Shown one piece after another: positions 44,326 through 54,053 of a DNA stretch of 64,000 nucleotides (the first letter of the stretch is position 1; each line of letters starts with the position of its first letter). The notes below the pieces were generated by a model, which searched no databases, was not told where the DNA came from, and saw only the letters and a list, made by a program, of their open reading frames with translations. The position numbers and the translations under genes are program-made. Origin of the DNA: Bacillota bacterium (GTDB lineage: Bacteria; Pseudomonadota; Gammaproteobacteria; Natronospirales; REEB76); contig JBLNDO010000043.1 in assembly GCA_050261675.1 (NCBI GenBank), positions 3,219-67,218 on the forward strand. The letters run 5' to 3'.

Positions 44326-44667
44326 TTAGGTATTTTCCGGGAAAAACCGGGTTTTTTTGCTTCGGGAGGCGGTTTTCCCCGGGGAAAACGCAGTTTCGAC
44401 CGGCCGGCGGGCGCCCCGGACCCGCAGTTGCTTCAGACGCCCGCCGCCGCCCCTGAGGATTTCCACCCGCGATTTCGTGGTGTCCAGGCGTTCGGCGATG
44501 AAGGCACAGAGCGCGTCGTTGGCCCGGCCCTCGATGGCGGGGGCCCTCAGGCGGACGCGCAAGACACCGTCCGCGACGCCCACAACGGCATCCGCCTTGG
44601 CACCGGGCTGCACGCGCACCGTGAGGACGAGCGCGTCCGCTTCGGCGCGCCAGAACGGCCGGTTCAT
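44326..44667 (-). CDS. yggU: DUF167 (YggU) family protein
   Basis: Internal ATG overlapping the yggT stop codon. LRVRLRAPAIEGRANDAL..F.A..L....S.V.I..G..GR.K. Confidence 0.75.
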   Translation of the reverse strand: MNRPFWRAEADALVLTVRVQPGAKADAVVGVADGVLRVRLRAPAIEGRANDALCAFIAERLDTTKSRVEILRGGGGRLKQLRVRGARRPVETAFSPGKTASRSKKTRFFPENT

Positions 44668-45239
44668 AGGCCCATCAGCGGCCAGATGTGAGGCAGGACG
44701 TAGTAATCGATGACCTGCAACAGCAGCAGGACCACGAGCGGCGAGAAATCCAGGCCGCCGAGCGGCGGCAGCACGCTCCTTACCGGCCGAAGCAGGGGCG
44801 CGTTCAAGGGGCGCAGCAGGCCATCCATGGAACTCCTGCCTTGCGCGAACCAGCTCAAGATCACTTCCAGGAAGATCGTCAGGAAGTACAGGTTCAGCAG
44901 GATGTAGACGATCTTGATGAAGGTCCACATGACGAGGTAACCCGGCGCGTAGGGGATATAGGCGCCTGGCAGGTTCGCGAGGAAGGTCACCAACAGCACA
45001 TTCAAGAATTGCAGCAGCACCACCAGCACCAGCGCCGCGAGATCGAGCCGGTTCCAGGGGCGGATCACGCGCCTGAGCGGCAAGAGCAGTGGATTGGTGA
45101 TCTTCATCATGGCCTGGGCCAGCGGGTTATAAAAGTCCGCGCGCACCTGCTGCATGAGGAAGCGCAGCATCACGGCACCCGTGTACAGGTTGAGCACGGT
45201 GTTGACGATGAACACCAGGGCATGGATCAGGTTGGCCAT
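44664..45239 (-). CDS. yggT: YggT family membrane protein
   Basis: Two YGGT repeats (..YNPL.Q....TNP.L.P.RR.IP..GG.D.S..V). Confidence 0.85.
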   Translation of the reverse strand: MANLIHALVFIVNTVLNLYTGAVMLRFLMQQVRADFYNPLAQAMMKITNPLLLPLRRVIRPWNRLDLAALVLVVLLQFLNVLLVTFLANLPGAYIPYAPGYLVMWTFIKIVYILLNLYFLTIFLEVILSWFAQGRSSMDGLLRPLNAPLLRPVRSVLPPLGGLDFSPLVVLLLLQVIDYYVLPHIWPLMGL

Positions 45240-46075
45240 CAGGATTTCCCCTTGCCCGCGTCTTCCGCCATTTCGCGCCCCCGGTCCCGGGCCGCGGTCA
45301 GGGCGCGCGCCACGGTGGCCTTGAGGCCCTGCTGTTCGAAGACCGCGAGGGCGGCGGCAGTGGTGCCCTTGGGCGAGGTGACCTGGCGGCGCAAGGCCTC
45401 CGGCGGCTCGCCGGATTCCAGCGCCATGCGCGCGGCCCCGAGGGCGGTCTGCAGTGTGAGTTGCCGCGCCGCCGCCGGGGGTAGTCCCAGTTCCAGCGCG
45501 GCAGCCTCCATATGCTCCATGAGCAGGAAGAAGTAGGCGGGTCCGCTGCCCGACACGGCGGTGACCGAATCCATCAATGACTCATCCTCGATCCACAGGG
45601 CCGTGCCCACGGCTTCCAGAATCGCCTGGGCCGTGGTGCGCTGTTCGGTTCTCACCCCGGTTCCGGCATAAAGCGCCGCGGCGCCCGCGCCGATGAGCGC
45701 CGCGGTATTGGGCATGGCGCGCACGATGTTGGCGCCGCCGCCGAGCCAGCGGTCGAGATCCCCGGTCCGGATGCCGGCCGCCACGCTGATGATGAGCGGT
45801 TTCCCCGCCCGCACCGCCGGGGCGATGGATTCCGCGGCGGTCTTCATCACCTGTGGCTTCACGGCGAATACCACTACGTCCGCGTCCTGGACGGCGGAGG
45901 CGCCGTCGGGGCTCATGCGCACGGGGAAGCGCTTGGAGATGAGTGCGCGCGGCTCGGGACTCGGATCGGAGACGCTGATGCGTCCCGGCTTGCAGCCCTT
46001 GGCCACGAGCCCGCCCACCAGGCTGCGCGCCAGGTTGCCGCCACCGATGAAGGCGATGCGCAAGTCTTCGAGCAC
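45239..46075 (-). CDS. proC: pyrroline-5-carboxylate reductase
   Basis: IAFIGGGNLA; RAMPNTAALIG.G; VTSPKGTT. Confidence 0.9.
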   Translation of the reverse strand: MLEDLRIAFIGGGNLARSLVGGLVAKGCKPGRISVSDPSPEPRALISKRFPVRMSPDGASAVQDADVVVFAVKPQVMKTAAESIAPAVRAGKPLIISVAAGIRTGDLDRWLGGGANIVRAMPNTAALIGAGAAALYAGTGVRTEQRTTAQAILEAVGTALWIEDESLMDSVTAVSGSGPAYFFLLMEHMEAAALELGLPPAAARQLTLQTALGAARMALESGEPPEALRRQVTSPKGTTAAALAVFEQQGLKATVARALTAARDRGREMAEDAGKGKS

Positions 46076-46137
46076 TCTGATCTCCCTCTAGCTGGTGGCA
46101 AGCATACTGCATCAACGTAAAACATAGGATATTTGTA

Positions 46138-46304
46138 GTGCAGGGACGCACTGCACGCGAAGCAAGCGCCTTGTGCTTGCTTCGGCGGAGGCGAGTCCGG
46201 GCCTGTGCCGGACTCGCCGAGCCTGAAAAATCCAGAGATGGATTTTTCAGGCTAAGCTTTAGATGTACTAGGCCATTTTCGGTCCACGTGGACCGAAAAT
46301 GGCC
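46138..46304. repeat. array of five consecutive, sequence-distinct hairpins between yggS and proC
   Basis: Stems at 46138-56 (6 bp), 46159-83 (9 bp), 46190-218 (11 bp) and 46221-52 (14 bp, GCCTGAAAAATCCA/TGGATTTTTCAGGC), plus a perfect 34-bp palindrome at 46271-304. Confidence 0.55.
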
Positions 46305-47002
46305 GTCCCGATGCGAACCATCGTCGAGCCTTCGGCGATGGCGGCGTCCATGTCGTCCGTCATGCCCATGGAGAGCGTGTCCAGCCCGAGTCCTTCCGCA
46401 TTCAATCGTTCGAGCATTCCCCGCAGCTGCCGGAACGGCGCACGTTGCGCCTCCGGGTTCTTCGCCGGCGCCGGGATGGTCATGAGGCCGCGCAACTTCA
46501 GGCGCGGCAGGGCCACCACGGCCCGCGCCAGTTCCGCCACGCGCTCCGGCGCCACGCCTCCCTTGCTGGACTCCCCGGAAACGTTCACCTGCAGACAGAC
46601 CTGCAGCGGGGGCAGCGCGGCCGGGCGCTGGTCCGAGAGCCGCCGGGCGAGGCTTTCCCGGTCCAGCGTGTGAAGCCAGTGGAAGCGCTCCGCCACCGTA
46701 CGGGTCTTGTTGGATTGCAACGCGCCGATGAAATGCCACTGTAACGGCCGCCCGGCGAGCGCATCCAGCTTCGGCAGCGCCTCCTGCAGGTAGTTCTCGC
46801 CGAAATCCACCTGGCCCGCCTCCGCGGCGGCCAGGATCGTGCCGGCCGGCTGGGTTTTGCTCACGACCACGAGGCGTATCCCCGCCGGGTCGCGCCCGGC
46901 GCGCGCCGCCGCCGCGGCGATGCGTGTGCGGACGGCGGCGAGATGGGTGGCCACGGGTTCCAGGGAGGCTCTCCTTATAGAGGGGGAAGCATAGATATGC
47001 AT
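46268..47002 (-). CDS. yggS: YggS-family pyridoxal-phosphate homeostasis protein
   Basis: VVVSKTQP (PLP Lys), F.ENY.QE, HFIG.LQSNK, LSMGM..D...AI..G...VRIGTAIFG. Confidence 0.85.
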   Translation of the reverse strand: MHIYASPSIRRASLEPVATHLAAVRTRIAAAAARAGRDPAGIRLVVVSKTQPAGTILAAAEAGQVDFGENYLQEALPKLDALAGRPLQWHFIGALQSNKTRTVAERFHWLHTLDRESLARRLSDQRPAALPPLQVCLQVNVSGESSKGGVAPERVAELARAVVALPRLKLRGLMTIPAPAKNPEAQRAPFRQLRGMLERLNAEGLGLDTLSMGMTDDMDAAIAEGSTMVRIGTAIFGPRGPKMA

Positions 47003-47096
47003 GCAAAATGAGTCCGTTATACTCTAAGCCCGCCTGCCCGCCACGTCAGGACCGGCGGGGTGTCTGAAGCGTCCAAAAGCCCAGGGGACAACGATA

Positions 47097-48140
47097 ATGC
47101 CAGCCGATATCTCGCAACTGCTCGCCTTTGGCGTCAAGAACAAGGCTTCCGACCTGCACCTGTCGGCGGGCGTGCCACCCATGATCCGCGTGGACGGCGA
47201 CGTGCGCCGCATCAACATGCCGGCGCTGGAACACAAGGACGTGCACGACATGGTGTACGACATCATGAACGACAAGCAGCGCAAAGACTACGAAGAGTTC
47301 CTGGAGTGCGACTTCTCGTTCGAGATCCCCGGCCTTGCCCGCTTCCGCGTCAATGCCTTCAACCAGAACCGCGGCTCCGGCGCCGTGTTCCGCACCATTC
47401 CGTCCAAGATCCTTTCCTTGGAGGACCTGAACGCGCCCGCCATCTTCAAGGACATCTCCGACAATCCGCGTGGCATCGTGTTGGTCACCGGGCCCACAGG
47501 CTCCGGCAAATCCACCACGCTCGCGGCGATGATCAACTACATCAACGAGAACGAGTTCGGCCACATCCTCACCATCGAGGACCCCATCGAATTCGTGCAC
47601 GAGTCCAAGAAGTGCCTCATCAACCAGCGCGAAGTGCACCGCGACACCCTCGGGTTCAACGAGGCCCTGCGCTCGGCGCTGCGCGAGGACCCGGACTGCA
47701 TCCTGGTGGGCGAAATGCGCGACCTGGAAACCATCCGCCTGGCGCTCTCCGGCGCCGAGACGGGCCACTTGGTGTTCGGCACGCTGCACACGAGCTCCGC
47801 CGCCAAGACCATCGACCGCATCGTGGACGTGTTCCCGGCGGCCGAGAAGGACATGGTGCGGTCCATGATCTCCGAGTCGCTGCGCGCGGTGATTTCGCAG
47901 ACGCTGCTGAAGAAGATCGGCGGCGGCCGCGCCGCGGCCCACGAGATCATGATCGGCACCGGCGCCATCCGCAACCTGATCCGCGAGAACAAGATCGCGC
48001 AGATGTACTCGGCCATCCAGACCGGCCAGCAGTACGGCATGCAGACCCTGGACCAGAACCTCCAGGACATGATCCGCAAGGGCATCATCACCAAGGAAGA
48101 GGCGCGCGGCAAGGCGACCCAGAAGGAACTCTTCAACTGA
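47097..48140 (+). CDS. pilT: type IV pilus retraction ATPase PilT
   Basis: Walker A GPTGSGKST, ILTIEDPIEF, and the PilT-specific AIRNLIRE motif. Confidence 0.92.
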   Translation: MPADISQLLAFGVKNKASDLHLSAGVPPMIRVDGDVRRINMPALEHKDVHDMVYDIMNDKQRKDYEEFLECDFSFEIPGLARFRVNAFNQNRGSGAVFRTIPSKILSLEDLNAPAIFKDISDNPRGIVLVTGPTGSGKSTTLAAMINYINENEFGHILTIEDPIEFVHESKKCLINQREVHRDTLGFNEALRSALREDPDCILVGEMRDLETIRLALSGAETGHLVFGTLHTSSAAKTIDRIVDVFPAAEKDMVRSMISESLRAVISQTLLKKIGGGRAAAHEIMIGTGAIRNLIRENKIAQMYSAIQTGQQYGMQTLDQNLQDMIRKGIITKEEARGKATQKELFN

Positions 48141-48174
48141 AGCGCGCGCCCTGAAGGCGAGCGGAGCGTAAGTA

Positions 48175-49332
48175 ATGGAAAGAGATCAAGCCATAAAATT
48201 CATGCAGGATCTGTTGCGGGCCATGGTCAGCCGCAAGGGCTCCGACCTGTTCATCACCGCCGGGTTCCCGCCGGCCATGAAGGTGGACGGCCAGATCACG
48301 CCGGTCACCGACAAGCCGCTTTCGCCGGACCAGAGCGCCATGCTGGTGCGCGCCATCATGAACGACCGGCAGACCAAGGAGTTCGACGCCAGCAAGGAAT
48401 GCAACTTCGCCATCAATCCGCCGGGCATCGGGCGCTTCCGCGTCAACGCCTTCGTGCAGCAGGGCCGCGCGGGCGCCGTGCTGCGTACCATCACCAGCGA
48501 GATCCCGGACTTCGACAAGATGGGGCTGCCGCCCGTCCTGAAGGACGTGGTGATGGAGAAACGCGGCCTCGTCATCATGGTGGGTGGCACGGGCTCCGGC
48601 AAGTCCACCTCGCTCGCGGCCATGCTCGGCCATCGCAACAAGAACACCAAGGGCCACATCATCACCATCGAGGACCCCATCGAATACGTGCACCCGCATC
48701 TCGGTTGCATCATCATGCAGCGCGAGGTGGGTGTGGACACCGATTCCTGGGAAATCGCCCTCAAGAACACCCTGCGCCAGGCGCCGGACGTGATCCTGAT
48801 CGGTGAAATCCGCGACCGCGAGACCATGGAGCACGCGGTACAGTTCGCCGAGACCGGCCACCTCTGCCTCTCCACGCTGCATGCCAACAGCGCTAACCAG
48901 GCTTTGGACCGCATCATCAACCTGTTCCCCGAGGAGCGCCGCACGCAGCTGCTGATGGACCTGTCGCTCAACGTCAAAGGCATCATCTCCCAGCGCCTCA
49001 TCAAGAAACCCGACGGCAAGGGCCGCGTGGCGGCGCTGGAGATCATGCTCAACTCGCCCCTGATCTCGGACCTAATCTTCAAAGGGGAGGTGGCACAGAT
49101 CAAGGAAATCATGGCCAAGTCCACCCAGCTCGGCATGCAGACCTTCGACCAGGCGCTGTTCAACCATTACGAAGCGGGCAACATCAGCTACGAGGAGGCG
49201 ATCCGCAACGCCGATTCGCAGAACGAACTGCGCCTCCGGATCAAGCTGGAGAGCAAGCGCGAGAAGCCCCCCATCGATGAGGGCATCGACGCGATGCAGC
49301 TCGTCGATCCGGGCAAGGGCCAGAAGATCTGA
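48175..49332 (+). CDS. pilU: PilT-family ATPase PilU
   Basis: GGTGSGKST, IITIEDPIEY, TGHLCLSTLHAN. 385 aa with the PilU-type C-terminal extension. Confidence 0.9.
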   Translation: MERDQAIKFMQDLLRAMVSRKGSDLFITAGFPPAMKVDGQITPVTDKPLSPDQSAMLVRAIMNDRQTKEFDASKECNFAINPPGIGRFRVNAFVQQGRAGAVLRTITSEIPDFDKMGLPPVLKDVVMEKRGLVIMVGGTGSGKSTSLAAMLGHRNKNTKGHIITIEDPIEYVHPHLGCIIMQREVGVDTDSWEIALKNTLRQAPDVILIGEIRDRETMEHAVQFAETGHLCLSTLHANSANQALDRIINLFPEERRTQLLMDLSLNVKGIISQRLIKKPDGKGRVAALEIMLNSPLISDLIFKGEVAQIKEIMAKSTQLGMQTFDQALFNHYEAGNISYEEAIRNADSQNELRLRIKLESKREKPPIDEGIDAMQLVDPGKGQKI

Positions 49333-49412
49333 GAGCGTACGCAGACTATCCAGGGGTGCGCGCCGCCTCGCTGCGGCGCCTTGATTAGAACGACCTACGA
49401 CGGAAGCAGACC

Positions 49413-50468
49413 ATGGACCTTAGTCCCTACCTCAAGCTCATGGTGGAGAAGAACGCCTCCGACCTTTACTTCACCAGCAACTCGCCGGTGAAGATCAAGA
49501 TCGAGGGCAAGCAGGTGCCGGTGGGCAAGACCCTGCTGACGGGCGAGATGGTGAAGGCCGCCGCCTACGGCATCATGAGCGAGAAGCAGCGCAAATCCTA
49601 CGAGGTGAAGCACGAATGTGACTTCGCCATCGCCGAGGAGGGCGTGGGCCGCTTCCGCGTGAACGTGTTCGTGCAGCGCGGCCAGGTGGCCATGGTGCTG
49701 CGCTACATCCCGTCCTCCATCCCCAAGTTCGAGAGCCTGAAGCTGCCGCCGATCCTGAAGGACCTGATCCTGCACAAGCGCGGCCTGCTGCTAATGGTGG
49801 GTTCCACGGGTTCCGGCAAGTCCACCACGCTCGCTGCCATGGTGAACCACCGCAACGAGAGCCAGGCGGGGCACATCCTCACCATCGAGGATCCCATCGA
49901 GTTCAGCCACCCCAATATCCAGTCCATCGTGAACCAGCGTGAGGTGGGGCAGGACACCCTGTCCTATGCCAACGCGCTCAAGAGCTCCTTGCGCGAGGCG
50001 CCGGACGTGATCCTCATCGGCGAAATCCGCGACCGCGAGACCATGGAGGCGGCGATCGAGCTCGCCGGCACCGGCCACCTAGCCATCTCGACGCTGCACG
50101 CCAACAACGCGCACCAGACCATGGATCGCATCGTCAACATGTTCCCGCAGGAACTGCACAAGCAGCTTTTCATGGACCTGTCGCTCAACCTGCGCGCCAT
50201 CATTTCCCAGCGCCTGGTTATCGGCAAGGACGGCAAGCGCGTGGCGGCGGTGGAGGTCATGCTCAACACCCCGCATATCGCCGACCTGATTCTGAAAGGC
50301 CAGATCGATTCCATCCGCGAAGCCATGGAGGAGAGTCCGGAGGGCGGCATGCAGTCCTTCGACGAGGCCCTGCACCGGCTCTACAAGGAAGGCCGCATCG
50401 ACCTCGAGGAGGCGCTCAAGAACGCCGACTCCCGCGCCAACCTCGAAGCGAAGATCAACTTCGGTTAG
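49413..50468 (+). CDS. third PilT/PilU-family ATPase (PilU-like paralogue)
   Basis: GSTGSGKST, ILTIEDPIEF, TGHLAISTLHAN. Has HIADLILKG in place of the PilT AIRNLIRE motif. Confidence 0.85.
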   Translation: MDLSPYLKLMVEKNASDLYFTSNSPVKIKIEGKQVPVGKTLLTGEMVKAAAYGIMSEKQRKSYEVKHECDFAIAEEGVGRFRVNVFVQRGQVAMVLRYIPSSIPKFESLKLPPILKDLILHKRGLLLMVGSTGSGKSTTLAAMVNHRNESQAGHILTIEDPIEFSHPNIQSIVNQREVGQDTLSYANALKSSLREAPDVILIGEIRDRETMEAAIELAGTGHLAISTLHANNAHQTMDRIVNMFPQELHKQLFMDLSLNLRAIISQRLVIGKDGKRVAAVEVMLNTPHIADLILKGQIDSIREAMEESPEGGMQSFDEALHRLYKEGRIDLEEALKNADSRANLEAKINFG

Positions 50469-50498
50469 ACGGATCCATACGAAATATTGGGGTATCGC

Positions 50499-52586
50499 AT
50501 GTTAAGAAAATTGCTCTTGGGCCTTGCGCTCTGCACGGCTGCGCCAACCATATTTGCCGACAGTTCCGCGGCTGTGCCAGCGGAGGCTTTCTTCACCTAC
50601 GCCAAGGTTTCCGCCGCTAAGATTTCACCCGACGGCAAGTACCTGGCTATGGCCGTGGCAAACGAAAAGACGGGGCTTGAGAAAAACATTCTCGCCATCG
50701 TCAGTCTCAGCGACATGAAGGCGAAAGCAAGTTTCTGGTTGAAAGGCGATCAGTCCGTGCTCAATTTTTGGTGGGCGAACGACGAGCGAGTCCTGGTGGC
50801 AACTGCGACCCAAACCGGGAGCTTCGATAGCCCACTTCCGGACGGAGATCTGTACGCAATCAATGTGGACGGCACCAAAAAGCGCCAACTGTTGCCTTAT
50901 CATCCCGAGGAACAGAACACACACATGCAGAGATCGGTCAATACCGATGTGTACTACGGTGGGCTTATTTATCTCGACCCTGACAGGGATCCCAAGCATG
51001 TTCTGTTCAAGGGCAACATCCGGGAAGGGAGTTATTACCGACAGACCCCTAAAGCCTACAAACTCGACATTTATACCGGAGACATCCGTCAGGTCGCGCA
51101 AGGAGACGAAGCGACGGGGTCATTGATGGCGGACCAGGACGGGAACATTCGCATGACCTGGGGTGACGACGGCGATGGCCATGCGGTGCTTTTCTATCGT
51201 GCGGACGGTGATTCATTCGATTGGAAGAATCTCAGCACCCTGTATAGGGGCGAAGACCCCGCTCAGGTGGAGTCCAGGGTTGTGGGCTTTGCACCGGATG
51301 AGAAGCATTTTTACTGGCTGGGTCGCACCAAAGATTCGACCATGGGGCTGTATCTCGTGGATCCCGATACCTTGGAGAAGAAGCCTCTGTTTGAAGATGC
51401 GAATTTCGACATCAATGGATGGGACTTCAATTTTGACGAGGACGGAGTGGTTTGGTCTTTCAAGGATGACAAGGGAATGCGCAGCCTCGTTGCCGTTCAG
51501 ACGATGCCTGGATTACCTCAGTTGCATGTCATCGATTCCAGCGACTTGAAGGCCCAATATTTGACCGCCTTGTATCAGGCTTTTGACGGACAGGAAGTGG
51601 AGATCACCAGTGCAACCCGCGACCATAGCATCCTGATGCTGTTGGTCTCGAGCGACCGCAATCCCGGTGATTTTTACCTATTTGATACCAAGACCAACAA
51701 GGCGAATTTCCTGTTCGCATCAAAACCGGAGATTGATCCCGACACGATGCCGAGCATGATGCCCATCACCTTTACCGCGCGTGATGGTGTCGTATTGCAT
51801 GGCTACCTGACTTTGCCGCCGAGTTCCTCTGGCAAGAACTTGCCGCTTATCGTGAATCCCCATGGCGGACCGCATACTATAAGGGACGTATGGGGATTCA
51901 GTTCCATCTACCCAGAGCCCCAATTCTTCGCTAGTCACGGATATGCAGTGCTGCAACTCAATTATCGCGGCTCTGGCGGTTATGGCCTCAAGTTGCAACA
52001 ATTGGGCTATCGTCATTGGTCCAGCACCATGCAGGACGATTTGGCCGATGGCGTTGCCTGGGCTATTAAGCAAGGGTATGCGGACCCAAATCGAGTCTGC
52101 ATCTATGGAGCCAGCTACGGCGGTTATGCGGCTTTTGAGAACCCTATCCGCTACCCGAACCTGTATAAGTGCGCCGTGGGCTACGTTGGGGCTTATGACT
52201 TGACTCTATTGGGCGAGGAGGGAGATGTTTCGCACTTCGCCGGTGGAGTCCATGCCATGGATGTCTATCTTGGTACGGACATGGAAGAACGCAAGCGCGA
52301 GTCGCCGGCCTACAACGCCGACAAGCTCAAACTGCCTTTGTTCATCATCTATGGCGGCGCGGATTTCCGTGTCGTACCTGACCACGCCAAGAACATGATG
52401 GCAGCTCTGGATAAAGCTGATATAAAGTACGAACTCATGTACGAACCTAACGAAGGCCACGGTTTCCGGAATCAGGATCACGTCATTGAGCTCTATAAAC
52501 GCTTGCTGGCATTCTTCGACAAATACATCGGCCCCGATGCCGCCAAGCCACCGTCGGATACGGCCAAGTCGGGCAACTCTCACTGA
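50499..52586 (+). CDS. S9-family serine peptidase (prolyl-oligopeptidase / DPP-type, beta-propeller plus alpha/beta hydrolase)
   Basis: Signal peptide. Catalytic GASYGGY, a late D, and EGHGF His region. SPDGKYLA propeller repeat. Low-G+C gene. Confidence 0.85.
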   Translation: MLRKLLLGLALCTAAPTIFADSSAAVPAEAFFTYAKVSAAKISPDGKYLAMAVANEKTGLEKNILAIVSLSDMKAKASFWLKGDQSVLNFWWANDERVLVATATQTGSFDSPLPDGDLYAINVDGTKKRQLLPYHPEEQNTHMQRSVNTDVYYGGLIYLDPDRDPKHVLFKGNIREGSYYRQTPKAYKLDIYTGDIRQVAQGDEATGSLMADQDGNIRMTWGDDGDGHAVLFYRADGDSFDWKNLSTLYRGEDPAQVESRVVGFAPDEKHFYWLGRTKDSTMGLYLVDPDTLEKKPLFEDANFDINGWDFNFDEDGVVWSFKDDKGMRSLVAVQTMPGLPQLHVIDSSDLKAQYLTALYQAFDGQEVEITSATRDHSILMLLVSSDRNPGDFYLFDTKTNKANFLFASKPEIDPDTMPSMMPITFTARDGVVLHGYLTLPPSSSGKNLPLIVNPHGGPHTIRDVWGFSSIYPEPQFFASHGYAVLQLNYRGSGGYGLKLQQLGYRHWSSTMQDDLADGVAWAIKQGYADPNRVCIYGASYGGYAAFENPIRYPNLYKCAVGYVGAYDLTLLGEEGDVSHFAGGVHAMDVYLGTDMEERKRESPAYNADKLKLPLFIIYGGADFRVVPDHAKNMMAALDKADIKYELMYEPNEGHGFRNQDHVIELYKRLLAFFDKYIGPDAAKPPSDTAKSGNSH

Positions 52587-52596
52587 TACACTGACC

Positions 52597-53100
52597 ATGA
52601 TCGGCACCGTGAATACTGCGCGGTTCAGACCCGTCATCGTGTCGGCCTTGACCGTGTTGTTGACGGGCTGCGGCGTGGACATGGTGAAACCCGATCAAGC
52701 GGTAAAGCTGCAGCCCGGGCAGGGCATCGCAGCCGTGGTGATCGACACCTTGGACCCGCTGGACAGCATCACTATCGACTCGCCCGACAACAGCCATGCA
52801 CCGTCCATTGTCATGGAGAGCGTGCAAAAGGGCATATCATTATTCGTTTACAAGGTGCCGACAGGTAAATACTGCGTTGTATCAATCCATTACGGTGTAT
52901 GGCGCATTACTCAAAAAGACCCCGGAAATGGAGCTTGCTTCGAGGTAACGGAGGGTAAGGTCTCTTACAGCGGAAACATCGGCCCGCGAGTCTACGGCAC
53001 CGAAGTGCGTACCGCTCAAGCTTTTGATTGGAAGTCTTTCCAAGAGATGTTGACGCACTGGTATCCGAACCTGTCCGGCATTCCGGTGGCCCTACCCTGA
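52597..53100 (+). CDS. lipoprotein, function unknown (distant paralogue of 14011..14544)
   Basis: Lipobox LLTGC. Internal ATG of ORF 52486..53100, 10 nt after the peptidase stop codon. Low G+C. Confidence 0.65.
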   Translation: MIGTVNTARFRPVIVSALTVLLTGCGVDMVKPDQAVKLQPGQGIAAVVIDTLDPLDSITIDSPDNSHAPSIVMESVQKGISLFVYKVPTGKYCVVSIHYGVWRITQKDPGNGACFEVTEGKVSYSGNIGPRVYGTEVRTAQAFDWKSFQEMLTHWYPNLSGIPVALP

Positions 53101-53122
53101 ACGACAGGCTAAAACACTAAAG

Positions 53123-53153
53123 AACAAGGCGCCTTTCGGCGCCTTGTTTATTT
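53123..53153. terminator. rho-independent terminator
   Basis: AACAAGGCGCC-TTTC-GGCGCCTTGTT followed by TATTT. Confidence 0.6.
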
Positions 53154-53169
53154 CCGGATTCCACGCAAT

Positions 53170-54053
53170 TCAGTTTGTCGGAAAGACTGCGGCCCCATTG
53201 AACACCGGGCCGTCCACGCACACGCGTTTCATGGCGGGGCCCTCGGGGGCGCGCACCTCGACCGCGCAGCCGGCGCAGCCGCCCACGGCGCAGGCCATGA
53301 ATTCCTCCAGCGACACCTGGCTCGGGATGTCGAACTCCTGGGCGAGCGCTGCCGCCGCCTTGAGCATGGGCGTGGGGCCGCAGGCGAAGATTTCCACTTC
53401 CGCGAGCGTATTCTGGTCCAGGGTCTTGAGCCAGGCGCGGGCGAGGTCCGTGATGAAGCCGTCGAAGCAGCCGGCGTAGCCCTGCTTGCTCGCGAGGCGG
53501 CTCGGGAATCCCCAGTCCTCCATGAGCGGCATGCAGCCGATGACGCCTTCCGGCATGCCCGGCACCAGGATAGTGGAGGGGCGCGTCTTGAAGGGGAAGG
53601 GCACCTCGGATCCCATGAGGACGAGCGGCTTCCATTGGGCGCGTGTGTCGGCGCGGAGCGCGTCCGCGATGAACACCATGGGGGGGATGCCCACGCCGCC
53701 GCCCAGGAGCAGCGGCCGCGGCCTGTCGGGATGGAGCACGAAGGGCTTGCCGATGGGACCGAGACAGGAGAGTACGTCGCCCTTGTGGCGTTGCGAGAGC
53801 AGCCGGCTGCCTTCGCCCACCACCTTGTAGAGGCATTCCACCCAGCCGTCCTCGGCCGACACGCGCATGATGGACATGGGCCGGCGCATGGGCAGTGCCG
53901 CATCGCAGCTCAAGTGCACGAAGCTACCCGGGAGCGCTTTCGCGGCACAACGCGGAGCCTTCAGGCGCAACACGTGCTGCTCGCCGGCGAAATGTTCGTG
54001 CGCCAATATCTCCGCATCCTCCAGGAAGATGCTGCCGCGGTGTTCGGGGTGTT

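Noticed and set aside
44300-44345. CCGGGAAAAACCGGG followed by a T-run near the yggU 3' end, considered as a terminator.
   Set aside because: The two arms are direct rather than inverted apart from a 4-bp CCGG self-complement, so the stem is too weak. The T-run is on the wrong strand for the minus-strand operon.
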